DNA from: an uncultured Deinococcales bacterium
GTDB taxonomy: Bacteria; Deinococcota; Deinococci; Deinococcales; JAAFIG01
Assembly (NCBI GenBank): GCA_964244895.1
Contig: CAXTKV010000189.1
Location: 1 to 10,208, forward strand
Length of the DNA stretch: 10,208 nt
Direction: 5' to 3'
The notes below the pieces were generated by a model. It saw only the letters and a list, made by a program, of their open reading frames with translations, was not told where the DNA came from and ran no database searches. Below, piece by piece: positions 9,137 through 10,208 of this stretch (position 1 is its first letter; each line of letters starts with the position of its first letter). The position numbers were made by a program, and so were the translations under genes.

Positions 9137-9142
9137 TAGACT
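9137..9142 (+). promoter_or_regulatory. -10 element of a probably leaderless transcript (Uma2 gene)
   Basis: TAGACT lies exactly 6 nt before ATG 9149, with no SD sequence. Confidence 0.6.
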
Positions 9143-9148
9143 CGACGC

Positions 9149-9640
9149 ATGACCAATGAACGACTCTGGCAAACCGTGCTTCAGGCCGACGAGATCGGGG
9201 TTCGCCTCGAGATCGTGGGCGGCGTGCCGACCTGGGAAGTCAGCCCCGGCATCCGCCATCAAGAAGTTGTAGATCGCATTCGCGCGAGCATCCACGCCAC
9301 GACTGAAGGATGCTCATGCCTTCACTACGCGGATATCTACGTTCGTTTCGCTGATGGGTCGCTTAAACGACCCGACATCAGCGTTTTCTGCAAACGCCCT
9401 CTCGAGCAAGACGAAGCCGTGACAATGATTCCAGAAGCCGTGATCGAGATCGTCTCGGCTGGATACGAAGCCAAAGACCTCGAGTTTGGCCCGCAGTTTT
9501 ACCTGGCGCAGGGTGTCAAGGACGTGATCGTGTTCGATCCGAGAACGCTGGTGGTACTGCACGTCCGCAAAGATGGCGCGAAGCGCCTGATTTCCCCCGT
9601 GAATATCGCGCTCGAGTGCGGATGCGGCGTGGTCGCGTGA
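9149..9640 (+). CDS. Uma2-family (DUF820) PD-(D/E)XK endonuclease
   Basis: RLEIVGG...SPGIRHQ, KRPDISVF, PEAVIEIVS, KD...YLAQGVKDVIVFDP, the typical Uma2 motif order; 163 aa. Confidence 0.9.
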   Translation: MTNERLWQTVLQADEIGVRLEIVGGVPTWEVSPGIRHQEVVDRIRASIHATTEGCSCLHYADIYVRFADGSLKRPDISVFCKRPLEQDEAVTMIPEAVIEIVSAGYEAKDLEFGPQFYLAQGVKDVIVFDPRTLVVLHVRKDGAKRLISPVNIALECGCGVVA

Positions 9641-9713
9641 TCACAAACGCAGGCCCGAGCGCACCTCTCGAAGTCCCACCCGGAACGGTGTTCTCAACTC
9701 GAGCGAAGTCGAT

Positions 9714-9719
9714 TAAGCT
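9714..9719 (+). promoter_or_regulatory. -10 element of a probably leaderless transcript (trehalase gene)
   Basis: TAAGCT lies exactly 6 nt before ATG 9726, with no SD sequence. Confidence 0.55.
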
Positions 9720-9725
9720 CGAGCC

Positions 9726-10208
9726 ATGAACCCCAGCTATCAGCCCGTTCTCGAGTACATCTCGGCCTACTGGCCGCGCATCGTGCGGCACAACCCCGTT
9801 GATCAGGGCACGCTGATCGGTCTGCCAAAACCGTACCTGGTGCCTTCGGACGGGAAAATGTTCAACGAGTTGTACTACTGGGATTCGTACTTCATGGCGC
9901 TGGGCATCATCAACACGAGCTTAGAGGGCATCGTGGTGGACATCGTGGACGACATGGCGTACCTGCTGGATCGGTTCGGTTTCGTGCCGAACGGCAGCCG
10001 GTTTTATTTCACCTCGCGCAGCCAACCGCCGTTCTTCACGCAGTTGGTGTGGTTGGCGCTCGAGGTCAAGCGACGGCGCGGTGATTCGGATACGGACGCG
10101 TGGCTGGCTGAGATGATAGCGCGCGGCGAACGAGAGCACGAGGTCGTGTGGCTCGGCACGGAGCAACCGCACCACCGGATGATCCATGATGGCCTATCCC
10201 GGTATTTC
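9726..10208 (+). CDS. Trehalase, glycoside hydrolase family 37 (3'-truncated by window edge)
   Basis: Own translation: MNPSYQPVLEYISAYWPRIVRHNPVDQGTLIGLPKPYLVPSDGKMFNELYYWDSYF...RFGFVPNGSRFYFTSRSQPPFF...GLSRYF, open to the window end. ELYYWDSY and PNG-x-R-x-Y-xx-RSQPP are GH37 signatures. No signal peptide. Confidence 0.92.
   Translation, partial: MNPSYQPVLEYISAYWPRIVRHNPVDQGTLIGLPKPYLVPSDGKMFNELYYWDSYFMALGIINTSLEGIVVDIVDDMAYLLDRFGFVPNGSRFYFTSRSQPPFFTQLVWLALEVKRRRGDSDTDAWLAEMIARGEREHEVVWLGTEQPHHRMIHDGLSRYF

Noticed and set aside
9149..9640. Uma2 nuclease as the cognate enzyme for CTCGAG or the mobiliser of the REP-like repeat
   Set aside because: Uma2 genes are commonly multi-copy and scattered in Deinococcota and cyanobacteria. 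There is no adjacent methyltransferase and nothing beyond proximity links it to either motif.
9921..10187. Minus-strand 88-aa ORF
   Set aside because: Antisense to the trehalase frame, which has clear GH37 signatures.

Overview
GC-rich bacterial chromosomal window. The SpeD, Sdh and M16 sequences and the leaderless -10/ATG arrangements point to Deinococcota (Deinococcus-Thermus); this is an inference. Gene order: 3' part of a PAP2/vanadium-haloperoxidase-like gene (+); a complete sdhCDAB operon (-); a ~780-bp divergent non-coding region; speD (+) with a consensus promoter, structured leader and terminator; a heterodimeric M16B zinc-peptidase pair (+); a probably exported alpha/beta-hydrolase (+); a Uma2-family endonuclease (+); and the 5' part of a GH37 trehalase (+, missing from the ORF track). 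The genes are mostly housekeeping, and the unusual signals are in the DNA itself. (1) The palindrome CTCGAG occurs at least 48 times by hand count, against about 3-4 expected, in all reading frames and densest between genes, like a HIP1-type iterated palindrome. (2) A ~44-48-bp palindromic REP-like element, GAACACCGTCC-N26-GGACGGTGTTC, appears whole or in part in seven of the eight sizeable intergenic gaps. (3) An inverted pair of heptamer tandem arrays fills the sdhA-sdhB spacer. (4) There are candidate operators and a structured speD leader.
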